Source: Mobula hypostoma (lineage: Eukaryota). From it: DNA of 64,000 bases. Made by a program: the position numbers and the translations under genes. The notes beneath the pieces are model-generated. The model was given only the letters and a program-made list of their open reading frames with translations. It ran no database searches and had not been told where the DNA came from. Numbering within the stretch: position 1 is the stretch's first letter; every line of letters starts with the position of its first letter. The DNA lies in contig NC_086097.1 of the NCBI RefSeq assembly GCF_963921235.1, forward strand, positions 188,234,001 through 188,298,000, read 5' to 3'. Below, piece after piece: positions 27,834 to 39,719 of this stretch.

Positions 27834-30160
27834 ACAGGACTACTTTGAATCAGTGGACTGGACTGTATTCAGGGATTCCTCTTCGGACCTGGATGAGTTT
27901 GCTGCAGTTGTTACCAACTTCATTAAAACCTGTGTGGATGAGTGTGTGCCTACAAAGACATACAATACATTCCCAAGCCAAAAGCCGTGGATGAACCAGG
28001 AGACTCATCATCTCCTAAAGGCTAGATCTGTGGCACTCAGGTCTGTGGCATCCAGAAAACCAGGTATAATTTGCAGAGGCCTATTTCAAGGGCAAAGAGA
28101 CAATTTTGAACGAGGTTGGAGGCGACATCAGATGCATAGCAACTCTGGCAGGGTTTGCAGGACATTACTTCCTACAAAGTGAAACCCCATAGCATGAATG
28201 ACAGTGATGCTTCACTACCAGATGAACTCAGTGCTTTCTATGCCTGCTTTGAAAGGGAGAACACAACGACAGCTGTGAAGATCCCTGCTGCACCTAATGA
28301 CCCTGTGATCTCTGTCTCAGAGGCCGATGTTAGGCTGTCTTTAAAGAGAGTGAACCCTTGCAAGGTGGAAGATCCCAATGGAGTCCCATGGGAAGATCGC
28401 TTGGAAGAGGCCTTTGAAAGGAAGCTCTCCAAGTATGCAGGACTGGTCAGCAACTGTCAGCAGGCTGGATGAAGAGCAAGGTGTCTCCCAGTGGAGGTTG
28501 GTTGTAGGGGATTTGCAGCCCGTTCTTCAGTTAGAGCCTTCAGCAATTTGGGCATCGAGGGAGAGAGAAAGAGGAGAGCCATCCGCAGTACCACCGATGT
28601 GGCAGAAGGGGCCTCAAGATGGCTGTGGCTCAAAAGAGGGGAGCCATGGAGTCATAAGTAGCTAGCCATCTGGACACAAGCCGGGGTCTGATCAGCCTTG
28701 GCTGGGTCACCTGGAGGAGGGTGTATGATGTTGAAAGACCCGAAATATCTGATGATTCGAAGAACATCACTGAAGGTGTGGCCAGAGACATCAGGAGATG
28801 GATGTACACAGTAACGCTCTGAAAACCTGTGCCAACCAACTAGCGGGAGTACTCAAGGACATTTTCAACCTCTCACTGCTATGGGCGGAAGTTCCCACTT
28901 GCTTCAAAAAGGCAACAATTATACCAGTGCCTAAGAAGAAAAATGTGAGCAGCCTTAATAACTATCGCCCAGTAGCACTCACATCGACAGTGATGAAATG
29001 CTTTGAGAGGTTGGTCATGACTAGATGGAAGTCTTGCCTCAGCAAGGACCTGACCCATTGCAAATTGCCTATTGCCACAATAGGTCAATGGCAGACACAA
29101 TAGGACAATGGCTCTCTACACAGCTTTAGACCACCTGGACAACACAAACAACTACATCAGGATGCTGTTCATCAACTATAGCTCAGCATTTAATACCACC
29201 ATTCCCACAATCCTGATTGAGAAGTTGCAGAACGTGGGCCTCTGTACCTCCCTCTGCAATTGGATCTTTGACTTCCTAACTGGAGGACCACAATCTGTGC
29301 GCATTGGTGATAACATATCCTCTTTGCTGACGATCAACACTGGCACACCTCAGAGGTGTGTGCTTAGTCCACTGCTCTGCTCTCTGAATACACATGACTG
29401 TGTGGCCAGACATAGGTCAAACACCATCTACAAATTTGCTGACGATACAATCATTGTTGGTAGAATCTCTCAGGTGTTGACGAGGGGGCATACAGGAGTG
29501 AGATATGCCATCTAGTGGAGTGGTGTCGCAGCAACAACCTGGCACTCAATGTCAGTAAGATGAAAGAGCTGATTGTGGACTTCAGGAAGGATAAGACAAA
29601 GGAACACATACCAGTCCTCATAGAGGGATCACAAGTGGAGAAAGTGATCAGTTTCAAATTCCTGGGTGTCAAGATCTCTGAGGATCTAACCTGGTCCCAA
29701 CATACAGTATCAATGTAGTTATAAAGAAGGCAAGACTGTGTATATATTTTATTAGGTGTTTGAGGAGATTTGGCATGTCAACAAATACACTCAAAAACTT
29801 CTATAGATGTACCGTGGAGAGTATTCTGACAGACTGCATCACTCTCTGGTATTGAGAGGAGGGTTACTACACAAAACACACTCAGTGATTCAGGAACAGC
29901 GTCTTCTCCTCTGCCAGCCAATTCCTAGATGGACATTGAACCCTTGGACACTACCTCACTTTTTTAATATACAGTATTTCTGTTTTTTGCACATTTTTAA
30001 AATCTATTCAATATACATATACTGTAATTGGCTTACTTATTTATTATCATTATTTTTATTTTTTTTCTTCTATGTTATGTATTGCATTGAACTGCTGCTG
30101 CTAAATTAACAAATTTTACGTCACATGTCAGTGATATTAAACCCAATTCTGATTCTGATT
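27834..30160 (+). mobile_element. Younger 5'-truncated Rex1/Babar LINE containing a HERO insertion
   Basis: [35 protein letters not shown]; (ATTCTG)n tail; TSD-like CTGCACCT at 27826-27833 and 30161-30168. Confidence 0.85.
28388..28808 (+). mobile_element. 3' fragment of a HERO-clade (restriction-like endonuclease) non-LTR retrotransposon
   Basis: VPWEDRLEEAFERKLSKY...PVEVGCRGF...AEGASRWLWLKR, the REL-endonuclease C-terminus typical of HERO elements, plus 3' UTR; the flanks rejoin as Rex [14 protein letters not shown]. Confidence 0.8.
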
Positions 30161-33100
30161 CTGCACCTGATGTTGATGTATGTTTAGCCCACTGCTCTAT
30201 TCTCTCTAAACCCACAACTGTGTGACTAGGCACAGCTCAAACACCATCTGTAAATTTGCTGATGATGCAACTATGTTGGCAGAATTTCAGATATTGTTAA
30301 GGAGGTATACAGGAGCAAGATAGATCAGCTGGAGAGACATATGCCATAGCAATAACCTTGCATTCAATGTCAGTAAGATCAAGGAACTGATTGACCATAT
30401 GAAGGAGAAGTCAAGGGAACACACACCAGCCCTCATCTAGGAATCAGCAGTGGAAAGGGTGAGCAGTTTTAAATTCCTGGGTGTCAACATCTCTGAAGAT
30501 CTATCAAAGGCCCAACATATTGATGCAATTACAAAGAAAGCACAACAGCGAATATTAGAAGTTTGTGGAGAATTGGTATGTCACCAAAGACACACGCAAT
30601 TTTTAACTGATGTACCGTGGAGAGCATTCTGTCTGCTTGCATCACTGTCTGGTATGAGGGCGGGGGGGTGTTGTTACCGAACAGAATTAGAAAAAAGCTG
30701 CAGGAAGTTGTAAACTCAGCCAGCTCCATCATTAACTCTTGCATCCCAAGCATCGAGGAGGTCTTAAAAAGGCGATGCCTCTAAAAGGGAGTGTCCATCA
30801 CCAAGGATGCCATGAACTAGGACATGCCTTCTTCTCATTGCTACCGTCAAGGAGAATATATATGAACCCGAAGTCACATAGTCAATGGTTCAGAAACAGT
30901 TCCTTCTTCTCTACCATTAGATTTCTGAATAATCAAGGAATCCACAAACACCATCTCACTATTTTTCCCCTATGTTTTTGCACTACCCTTTTAACTAATT
31001 TCACTGACCAGTCTTTATGCAACTTAGTTGCAATTAAATGCAATGCAATTAAAAATATTGTGCATAGGAAAATATTGTTTTATATGACAAACGGTGTTAT
31101 GACAAACTACCATGTATGACAATAGTAGAGGTAGTTGCATTAAGCCGAGCCTGGGTATTCCTATCTTTAGCTCTTTGCTTCTGGTGACATTATGGAACTG
31201 ATGCATTCAATAAAACATATCTCTTATGGCAGCAGCACCATCTGTAATGCCAGCTTTCATTTGATTGACAAATGCAATTTTGACCCACAGCAAGCAAAAT
31301 GCGCCACTTAGTGCCTTGATAAAGATAGCCACTTTTGTCGCACTTTCTTGCCTGTTCTGGAATGTCAGTCCAATCCTTTTGTGACCTTAATTTCATTTCA
31401 ACTAACCTTTACAGTGCACGTAATTCGTTATGGCAATCTTTTCAATGAGTTATATTGAAATAAGGTACCTGTGTCAACATTGCCATAAAAACCATTTATA
31501 AGAAGTTAGTCCTTCTATCTATTGTGATAACTGTCTATAATAATTTCCATTTAGGAAGAAATATATAATCCTGGTTTATGGTTTTTGAGAACTGGCAGTA
31601 ACAATACACAAACAGATATTTATTTACTCCTTTCTTGAAAATTCTAATGATGCAAACAGGATGCATGTTGGGAAAGTTATTAACAGGTGTGAAAATATTC
31701 AGCTGGAAAGATCCTTACCACTTTTGTAGTCTCCTTGAAATCATGAAACTTCTTGCTAACTCTTTTTTATGCCTGAGGGAAGAGTGAACACTCATTGCAT
31801 ACTTTCTGCTTACCATTTGCAATTCACTAGGGCTGTTCTTTTCACAGTTGAAGCCATTAGCCCCTCCATGGCATCAGCTCTGAAATACAATGTATAAGAA
31901 AGCTGTTAAGTCATTTATACTAATTATTTTCACAAAGTCTGCCTGTCCTCATGACGCCATTGTTCATTTGTTAACATGAGAAATACAAATAGCCATTAAC
32001 TCTGCTGATTCTACATTCCTGACAATGGAAATAGATCTGATATTGCAAGGGATCACCTGTTCCAACAAAACATTGTAAGCAATTATCATGTAAGATCGAT
32101 TCAAGTGAAATTTATGAACCCATGATGTTAAATAAATACGTAGTACTGGTGCGTAATAGGGGAGTGAGGTAAGGTGGAAATACCAAATGAAATCTTTAAA
32201 TGGCTGGAATGGCTGAACCTTTCAGCTGCAGAATCAGTAGTGGGGGTGATGATGAATAGTGAATGTTAGCAATAGCTGATTTGGTTGGTAGGAAGCTGTT
32301 TCAGAAGCTTTACATGTACAAAGTAATTTTGTGCTGCTGTTTGAAGCGCTTTATATCATTCCCATAATTCATAGTTAAAGGAAAGGAATAATTTTTGGTA
32401 TGATAATCTTCCGTCAATTTGGCTGAGTTGGCTGACCTGCAATTTGGATTAAGGAGCCTGGGTGCAAAATTTGACCAAGGACCAGAAAATAGGGTTGTGG
32501 TGATTGGTTGTTTGACAGACGGCAGAGAAATACATATTCATATCCCAAAGAAATACATTCAGAAAACTGAGATGAATCAATAGAAAATAAATTCTACCAT
32601 TGCACAGTGGATGTAGAAAAAATGTAATGTATAGAAATATTTGAAGTTGACAGAAGTTCTGAAGGGAGCTAAAAAATGTACAAGATATTGTACATGGAAT
32701 ACAAAAACGGGTAAATTATGCTAAAACATTATAAAATAATTGGGCCTCAGCTGTTTCAAGAAACTACAAAATTAGGGATGATATCAAGCTCCTGGAAGGT
32801 ATACAATAGCTGAGAGTTTGCTAAGTGATGAGAGATTTCTGTTATGTTGTGTGGCTAGATAAATTGGACCATTAAGAATACTTAAATGATAATTTGACTG
32901 AGGGATTCAAATTATTGCAACTTTTTGTAAAAGAACCCACAATAAGAAGAATCAGAAATCAGACACTGTAAACCAAATGTAATTAGCAGAAGAGACAGAG
33001 AAGAGATAAGTATTTTTTACCTATACCTAGGAAGCCACTATCCTTCGCTTTACACAGCTGGCCGGGTAATAAATGTTGATTCAATAGTAACTTCCAAATG

Positions 33101-33892
33101 AGAATAGGATAATTGCTCAATAGTGAGAAAGTTGCAGAGTTATCAGGAAAGGTTAAGAATGCTGGACTTCTTGGAAAACTTTTACAAAGGGTTAACAGAG
33201 GCAGAATGGGACAAATGGTTTCATTTCATGCAGGAAGGTTCTAATATTCCACGATAAATCCATTTATATTGGAAATGCAGGAAAGGAGAGAAGTACTGCC
33301 AGTATATTGGGAAGTTATGAGGAGGGGAGGAAGACCATGTCTAGGAACAGTGCACGTCATCGGAAATGCAGAAGAAACACATCTAGCCCAAAGAGCACTC
33401 CAAATAATACTTGTCTAATATGATTATATTTGAAGGCACAGCAAAGACAGAGGTTTGGTGCATGTTGCTGCAAAGTCATGGACTGAAAATGTAATAAGCA
33501 TTTATGGTGCACAAGATCAGTATATATCAATTTTTGTTCTCCCAATAGCACCAGTTTTCTGTGTCATTGTGCACAATGGGAATTTCAATGTTATTTTCCA
33601 TTCACATTGCTAATGACAGAAGCTTGTGGGCTTTAGCACATTTACAAAGACTGGAAAGTGCAAAGAGCTGTTAAAATAGACTGAAGGATATTTTATTTTG
33701 CATCTGTTGAAATTACAAATGATTCGAGAATAATCTCTTCTGATTTTAGATGAGAAAATGGCAAATACTGTATATTTGGTTCTCTCGTATTAGATTTCTT
33801 AGTATTCAGAAGTATTAAAGAGGTGAGCAAATTCTAAATATGTAATTCTATAATACTGATTTTGTAATTTATTAATTTTCTTGCTGTTTTAG

Positions 33893-33943
33893 AATGATAA
33901 AATAGAAATGAGAAAACACTATATGAAATCATTAAAATTTAAG
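33893..33943 (+). CDS. CNGB3: CNGB3 exon 7 equivalent: NDKIEMRKHYMKSLKFK
   Basis: ttttag|aat ... aag|gtaagc; 51 bp, in frame. Confidence 0.92.
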
Positions 33944-34053
33944 GTAAGCCTTATTTAGCCAAAAACATCTAAACAATTAACAAATACATGTTTTATTTCT
34001 GTTGCTGTTCATTGTTAAGAAGTATGCTATCTAATTTAAAATCTGTTTTACAG

Positions 34054-34140
34054 CTTGATCTTGCATCAATAATCCCATTTGATTTGTTATATTTGCTGCT
34101 TGATTATAATCCCTTGTTTCGGCTAAATCGCGTACTGAAG
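34054..34140 (+). CDS. CNGB3: CNGB3 exon 8 equivalent (S3-S4): LDLASIIPFDLLYLLLDYNPLFRLNRVLK
   Basis: ttacag|ctt ... gaag|gtaaat; 87 bp; S4 R-x-x-R-x-x-K pattern. Confidence 0.95.
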
Positions 34141-36064
34141 GTAAATACATTATGATTATTAGTTTAATGTTGCAGCTATTTTTATTGACTGTGTCAAAAT
34201 TAACTTGCATATTGGTATGAATCCAAACTTATTGTTTTAAGGATCTTTAGAATGTGTCTGAAATGCCAAAACTTGATAAGATCCATAAATCATACTCCGA
34301 TTGCTTAAACTAAAATGGTATTACAACATTGGATTGTTAGAGAGTCAAGGGAAATGATTCAGGGAAATATTACACACGGCAGTCATATGCTATAACCATT
34401 TGCTTCAATTAATTAATCATGTAAAATCTCAGTGCTAAGCCACTAAAATACAACTGGCTTTTGTTAATATGAGACACTGAGGCTCCCATTTTTAATATTT
34501 CCACAGGATAAAAATATTTTATTTGCTGCCCCTTTCTCTGTACATGAGATTGCAGTAATAACTCTTGATAGATTCTGTTATAACTGACTTTTGACTTTTT
34601 GGGAAAAGGTTTGGAAACAATTTTGTAAATTTCTCCTACTTTGAAAAATAAATGTTTGGAAATGCTTTGACTTGTAGACAGGTCAGGCAAAAAAGAAATA
34701 GACCTGATCTAATGATGATCTGCGTCAGCTAATGAAACCTCTGTCTTGAAAGCAGAAGAAATGCAACCTACGTTGTCCATTTTACATAGAAATTGCCAGC
34801 AAACTACAGATAGAATGAGTAACACTGGCAAGCAGCCAATCTTTGTTAAATGAACCACAAACACCAATTTTACGCAGGAAAATGTATACAGTGAAAGATA
34901 GATTATAGTCTCCACCTCTCTACCAAGATAGCTATCGATCCCTTTTGTTGGAAATGTGATTAGTAAGTGTGCCAGCTTGAAATTATCAACAAGTGCTATA
35001 AAAATCAAGTCTAGGTGTAATTACATGCATAAAGTCCCCATTCCTATTTTACTGAGCATTGGGGTAGAATGGATGATATAGACTTGGCTCCAAATCTTAT
35101 AGTGATTTAGTCAAAGGATAATAGAGCAGGACAGTTTTCTGGACCTAGAACAAGCAGTGATCTTTAGACACTGTGAAAGCAACTTGCAGATCTCAGGAAT
35201 GGGATCTCCTGCTCCCATATTTTGTTTACCTGGCTCGAAACCCATCATGACCACTGATATTACAAAACCAATAGGGTAGCTATTGAGTCTATTAATCACT
35301 TAATGAAATGTATGCCCCATCAGATGCTACCAAAACATGAACAGAAAATAATAGCAATAAATTTTGTCAGATACAAAATTTATGATATTAATCCTTATTA
35401 TTGATAACCAATTTTAGAAAAAAAGATTGTTGGGAGTAGGTCCATTGATTTATCAGAAGCACAAATCCATAGATTGAGGTTTACATCTGAGCTCATTTCC
35501 AGGGCTATAATCACACTCTGTTTGTATGCTATTTACTAATTTTTAAAGTGTGAGTAGTGGAAATGGATACATCACTTCATGGTTGCACATGTTCAGTTTA
35601 TTTGTCTGCAGCATAATTATTGTCATTGGAAATGCCAGCCCATCTGGGGGGACTTTATTGAGTTGGCTATCCAGATATTTTGAATTTGCTAAATAAACAA
35701 GAGAGGATAAATTTTGTTAATTTGTTAGTATTTGCTACCGCCACAAAGGGAATGCAGTTCAAAACATTGGGTATGGCAGCCAGCGTATTTTATTTTCCAG
35801 GACATAAATATGTCACAATGGGGGCGGGGGGCGTCGATGGCGGACCCAAATGCTAGACACAGACACTGAAGTACAAGGAACAGGACTTGACTAGAGTAGG
35901 GACGTAACAGGATACAGACAAGGAGAAGGGACAAGAATGCAGACTTGGGTTTGGACCCCAAGCCAGAGACTGAACAAGGACCCAGAACTTGGGTCTTGCC
36001 TCAGGCTTGGGCCCCAGAACCAGGCATGGACATGACATGACTGCAGGACTGGAGGCTGGGGTTT

Positions 36065-36240
36065 TGAGTCTTGAGGCTCAGAGACAGGCTTGGGGTCTTG
36101 AGGCTCGGAGACAGGCTTGGGGTCTTGAGGCTTGAGGCTTGGAGACAGGCTTGGGGTCTTGAGACTTGCAGGCTGGGAGCTGAGGTCTTGGAATGCGGAG
36201 GCTGATAACTCAGAGACTGGAGCTCAGAGACAGACTGGGA
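36065..36240. repeat. About 27-bp tandem repeat within the LTR
   Basis: gagacaggcttggggtcttgaggctcg units starting at 36081, 36108 and 36142, with degenerate flanking units. Confidence 0.85.
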
Positions 36241-36410
36241 ACTGTACATCAACAGAGGGCTGGGACTTATCGTTCGAAAAGCTGGGACTCATCTTTAACT
36301 CGACACTAACATGAGACAGGATAGTACATAGTCATAGAGCCGGTACTCATCCATAGACAAGCCGGGACTCAACTTTATCTCCACACCAAGATGGGACAGG
36401 TCCACCTGTT

Positions 36411-36600
36411 GGGTCACGGCAGAACGGCCGGACTTACCCAACAGAGGCAAAGACAAGACAAGACAGATCCCCCTGCAGGGCAACGGCAGAACAGCCTGAC
36501 TTACCCCATGGAGACGAGGACAAGACAAGACAGATCCCCCCACAGGGCAACGGCAGAACAGCCTGACTTACCCCACGGAGGCGAGGACAAGAAGAGACAA
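36411..36600. repeat. 67-bp tandem repeat (about 3 copies) within the LTR
   Basis: gggcaacggcagaacagcctgacttacccca... units at 36411, 36478 and 36545. Confidence 0.85.
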
Positions 36601-38391
36601 ACACTAAAGAACGACAAACGGTTCCATCTCTGCTTCGGGGTAGCTCCAAGTCTCAGTTCAGCCAGCAACCTCAGCTGGGTATGGAAACAGCTGGATCCCT
36701 ACCTAGCTCAGAGTGGCTGGCAGCCAATCAGCTGGCTTGGGAAACAGCCAAATCCATACCGCAAAGACAGCTCTGACTACCAACAGCAAGGCTTCATGAA
36801 GTGATGGTTCTCCAACACGGCCTAAAGATGACAAGTGGCCGCTCTAGCCTTCCACCAGCAGGTTGCTCCCAGGGGATCTTGACAAGACAAACCAGCAGCC
36901 CACACTTCTTCTTCTCCTTTTTTGTTTTATGGCGGTTGGCAACCAGTTTTTCAGTGCATTACCGCCACCTGCTAGACTTCTTGTGTTCCAACCAAATATG
37001 TCCTGGAGCTCTCTACTTTAGACAAGCTCGTTCAGCCTGCAGTTCTCTATTAGCATCACTCAATTCCTCGTGAATGCTTAAGGCGCTCATTAGATAATGC
37101 TGCAAACTGCTATTCTTCCCTAATTTTGTCACATTTTTGTGTAGTTGCATTACCTCAATTACATTGATTTCATCTACATCACTTGTAAGACTAAAATCGT
37201 CTTGTTAAAGAATAGTAATTATCACACGTTATACTTTTAAAATTGCTGATTTTCTAAGTCTATCTGCTTTTTCAGATTTTCCTTTTCTTGGATCGTAGCC
37301 TGCAGTTGTTTACTGAGACCTTGGAGTTCTTGTTCATTTGTTTCCATGTTTCCATTTTATAATCTGAATGTAGATAATTCACTTTGCAACAAATTCCTTT
37401 TCCTTTTGTATCCTTGTAATAATTTCCTCCATTTTCCAATCTCTTTCCAACTCACCGTTGTTCTTGTCAGGTACTTCTATTTGTTGTTGGAGTTCTGCAC
37501 ATTTACCCTGGGCTTCAACCATAAAATCTGAGGATTTTCCTTAAGTTCTGAAACATTTCTTAAATTCTTGACCATTTGCGATAAATATACTGCCATTAAG
37601 ATTCCCTCTCCCCTGCCTGTAAACTGTTGGATCCTCCATTCAGAGTTTCTTTGACTTCTTCCCATCTAATCCCTTTAATACCAAGATACTTTTCTGCAGA
37701 CTTGACAATAATTTTAATTTTCTCAGTTCTTTTGCTTGTTTGCATTGAACAATTAATTGCATCCACCATAAAAAGCACAAAATCCTTTCTACTCATTAAT
37801 AGTGTATCCTTATTTTTCATATTACAGCTCTCACAATTCACCAGTTTATTATTCCCTGTATTTGTTTGCTTGACAGCCTTTTTTTCATCAAATTCTTTCA
37901 CTGCCTCTGCATAACTGATTCCTTGAGTTACTTTTACATATTGTATCTTAGCCACCTTCTTACTATAAATGCACCCTCGATAAGCTGCGCTGTGTTCCTT
38001 GCCACAATTGCAGCATTTCAGCCTAGCGCCCGCCTCACATTTCCCATATTCATGTTCTCCAGCGCATCTCCCACATTTTTGTTTTCCTCTGCAGACTGCC
38101 GCAATGTGCCCGAATTTCTGACATTTATAGCATCTTAAAGGCGGTGGTATATATATTCTAACCACATATACCCTAAGTAAACGTTAGTCGGCAATCTCTC
38201 TTCATCAAAGTTAATCATGTCCGATAAACTATCACACTTTTTCCCGTGTCTTGTAACTTTCAATCGTTTGGCCTCAATAATTTTTGCTCCTTTTATGTTC
38301 TGTTTAATCTCATCCATAGTCACTTTTGTTGGAATCCCCGAAATAACTCCTCTAGTCTGCTTCTTATTTTTGGGTATTGAGCATTGTACTT

Positions 38392-39021
38392 CTTTTCTTT
38401 TTAAATCTTTTTATTAATTTTTCCAAAATTATAAACAATGTTGATACAAAGAGTTTGGAATAATCTTATTGTTAATAAACATATACAGAAAAGATCTCAG
38501 ATAACACAGGTATAATAGACTTCCAAACTCACGATGCAATTAATCATAAAGAAAAAAGAGATAAAAAAGAAAAAAAATACAAAAAAAAACCCAAAGGAAA
38601 AGAAAAAAAAGAACTAAATAACAAACCCAAAAAAGCAAACAGAACAAAACAGGGCTAGACCAATATCGAACACGTGCAGTAATGTCGTCAACTCCGCTCC
38701 TCTATTCATATATTTTAAATTAACAAGGATTCAGAAAGGTCAAATTACATAATATCAAAATGTTGAATAAATGGTTTCCAAGTTTCTTCAAATTTAACCG
38801 AAGGATCAAAAATATCACTTCTAACTTTTTTCTAAATGTAAACATAATATAGTTTGGGAAAACCACTGGAATGTAGTAGGAGGATTGGTCTCCTTCCAGT
38901 TCAGTAAAATAGATTTTGGATTGCCAATGGTAGAACATAGATCTTTGTCTTCTTCAGCCGGTCGGATGATTGCATTTGTTACTTTAATGGCCAGAAGATC
39001 TATTTTATTGAACTGGAAGGA
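38392..39021 (-). mobile_element. Short L1 3' copy with inverted 5' segment, inserted in Nimb ORF1
   Basis: Minus strand reads SILLNWKETNPPTTFQWF...EETWKPF, then 3' UTR/A-tail; plus-strand segment reads FGLP...ARRSILLNWKE; TSD GAGCATTGTACTT (38379-38391, 39022-39034). Confidence 0.85.
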
Positions 39022-39052
39022 GAGCATTGTACTTTTTTGCCGTCTATTTTAC

Positions 39053-39124
39053 ATTGGCACGGACTAGAAGGGTTGAGATGGCCTGTTTCCGTGCTGTAAT
39101 TGTTATATGGTTATATGGTTATAT
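39053..39124 (+). mobile_element. Tiny CR1 3' terminus
   Basis: ggcacggactagaagggttgagatggcctgtttccgtgctgta followed by a (GTTATATG)n tail. Confidence 0.75.
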
Positions 39125-39719
39125 AATCTTATCACTTTGCCTTGCTGAGCACTACCCGAGAAATCACTAATAGCAATCCGTTTTGTAAAATCTTTGCTCC
39201 TTTAATCTCGCCTATAATTTTGTTGAGCATCTTCATCAAACGAATCGGGTTCCAATCACCAAAAGACGCCTCATCTTCACTTAGTTTTATAATTGCTTTA
39301 ATCTCATCTTCTTTCCATTGTTTTGCTATCCTGTTTTGATCATCTGCTGATTCCTCAGAGTTTGATATCCCATTCCTCTGCTTTCTTTTCTTCCTCTTTC
39401 CATTCCATTCCTCTTTCCCACCAACCTCCATCTCTAGTTCACTTCCACTCTCGCCAAAAACTTCCTTCAACAGCTTGGCTCTTTCCTTTATGTTCTCTCT
39501 CTCTGCCATTTTCCAGTCACAACTATCCACTCCCAGCCAGCAGCCCACACTCAACCCCAAGGCTACTTATATTCCAAGCCCTAAGATGGGAATCAGGTGC
39601 CTATGATTAACTCAAACAAAACAAGGGACAGCTGGAAGACCCGGAGTCCTGAGTCCACGGACCAGACCATGAACCGGAATGTGGACTTCACGGACAGGAC
39701 CATGACAAAATGCCCTCAG

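Larger units (their letters stand above)
27380..31000 (+). mobile_element. Older Rex1/Babar LINE fragment split (about 27380-27833 and 30161-31000) by a younger copy
   Basis: LQFAYR, LDHLDN, LLFVDY before the split; KFADD, FKFLGVNISEDL after it. Confidence 0.75.
36907..39536 (-). mobile_element. Non-autonomous Nimb derivative: ORF1 + ORF2 stub + unrelated filler + Nimb 3' end
   Basis: 15-bp TSD CCAGCAGCCCACACT (36892-36906, 39537-39551); (GAA)n tail; ORF1 with three CCHC knuckles homologous to 7913-8828; no RT. Confidence 0.85.
35811..39707. mobile_element. Solo LTR (about 1.25 kb: 35811-36906 + 39552-39707) interrupted by a Nimb derivative
   Basis: Ends tgtcac ... atgaca; 5-bp TSD-like aaata / aaatg; internal tandem repeats. 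Confidence 0.7.

Noticed and set aside
28715..28785. Hammerhead or C/D-box snoRNA in the HERO 3' UTR
   Set aside because: The core elements are not in a valid order with supporting stems; there is no terminal stem or guide evidence.
36060..36600. CRISPR-like repeat array
   Set aside because: Head-to-tail tandem repeats without unique spacers, inside a eukaryotic LTR; no cas genes.
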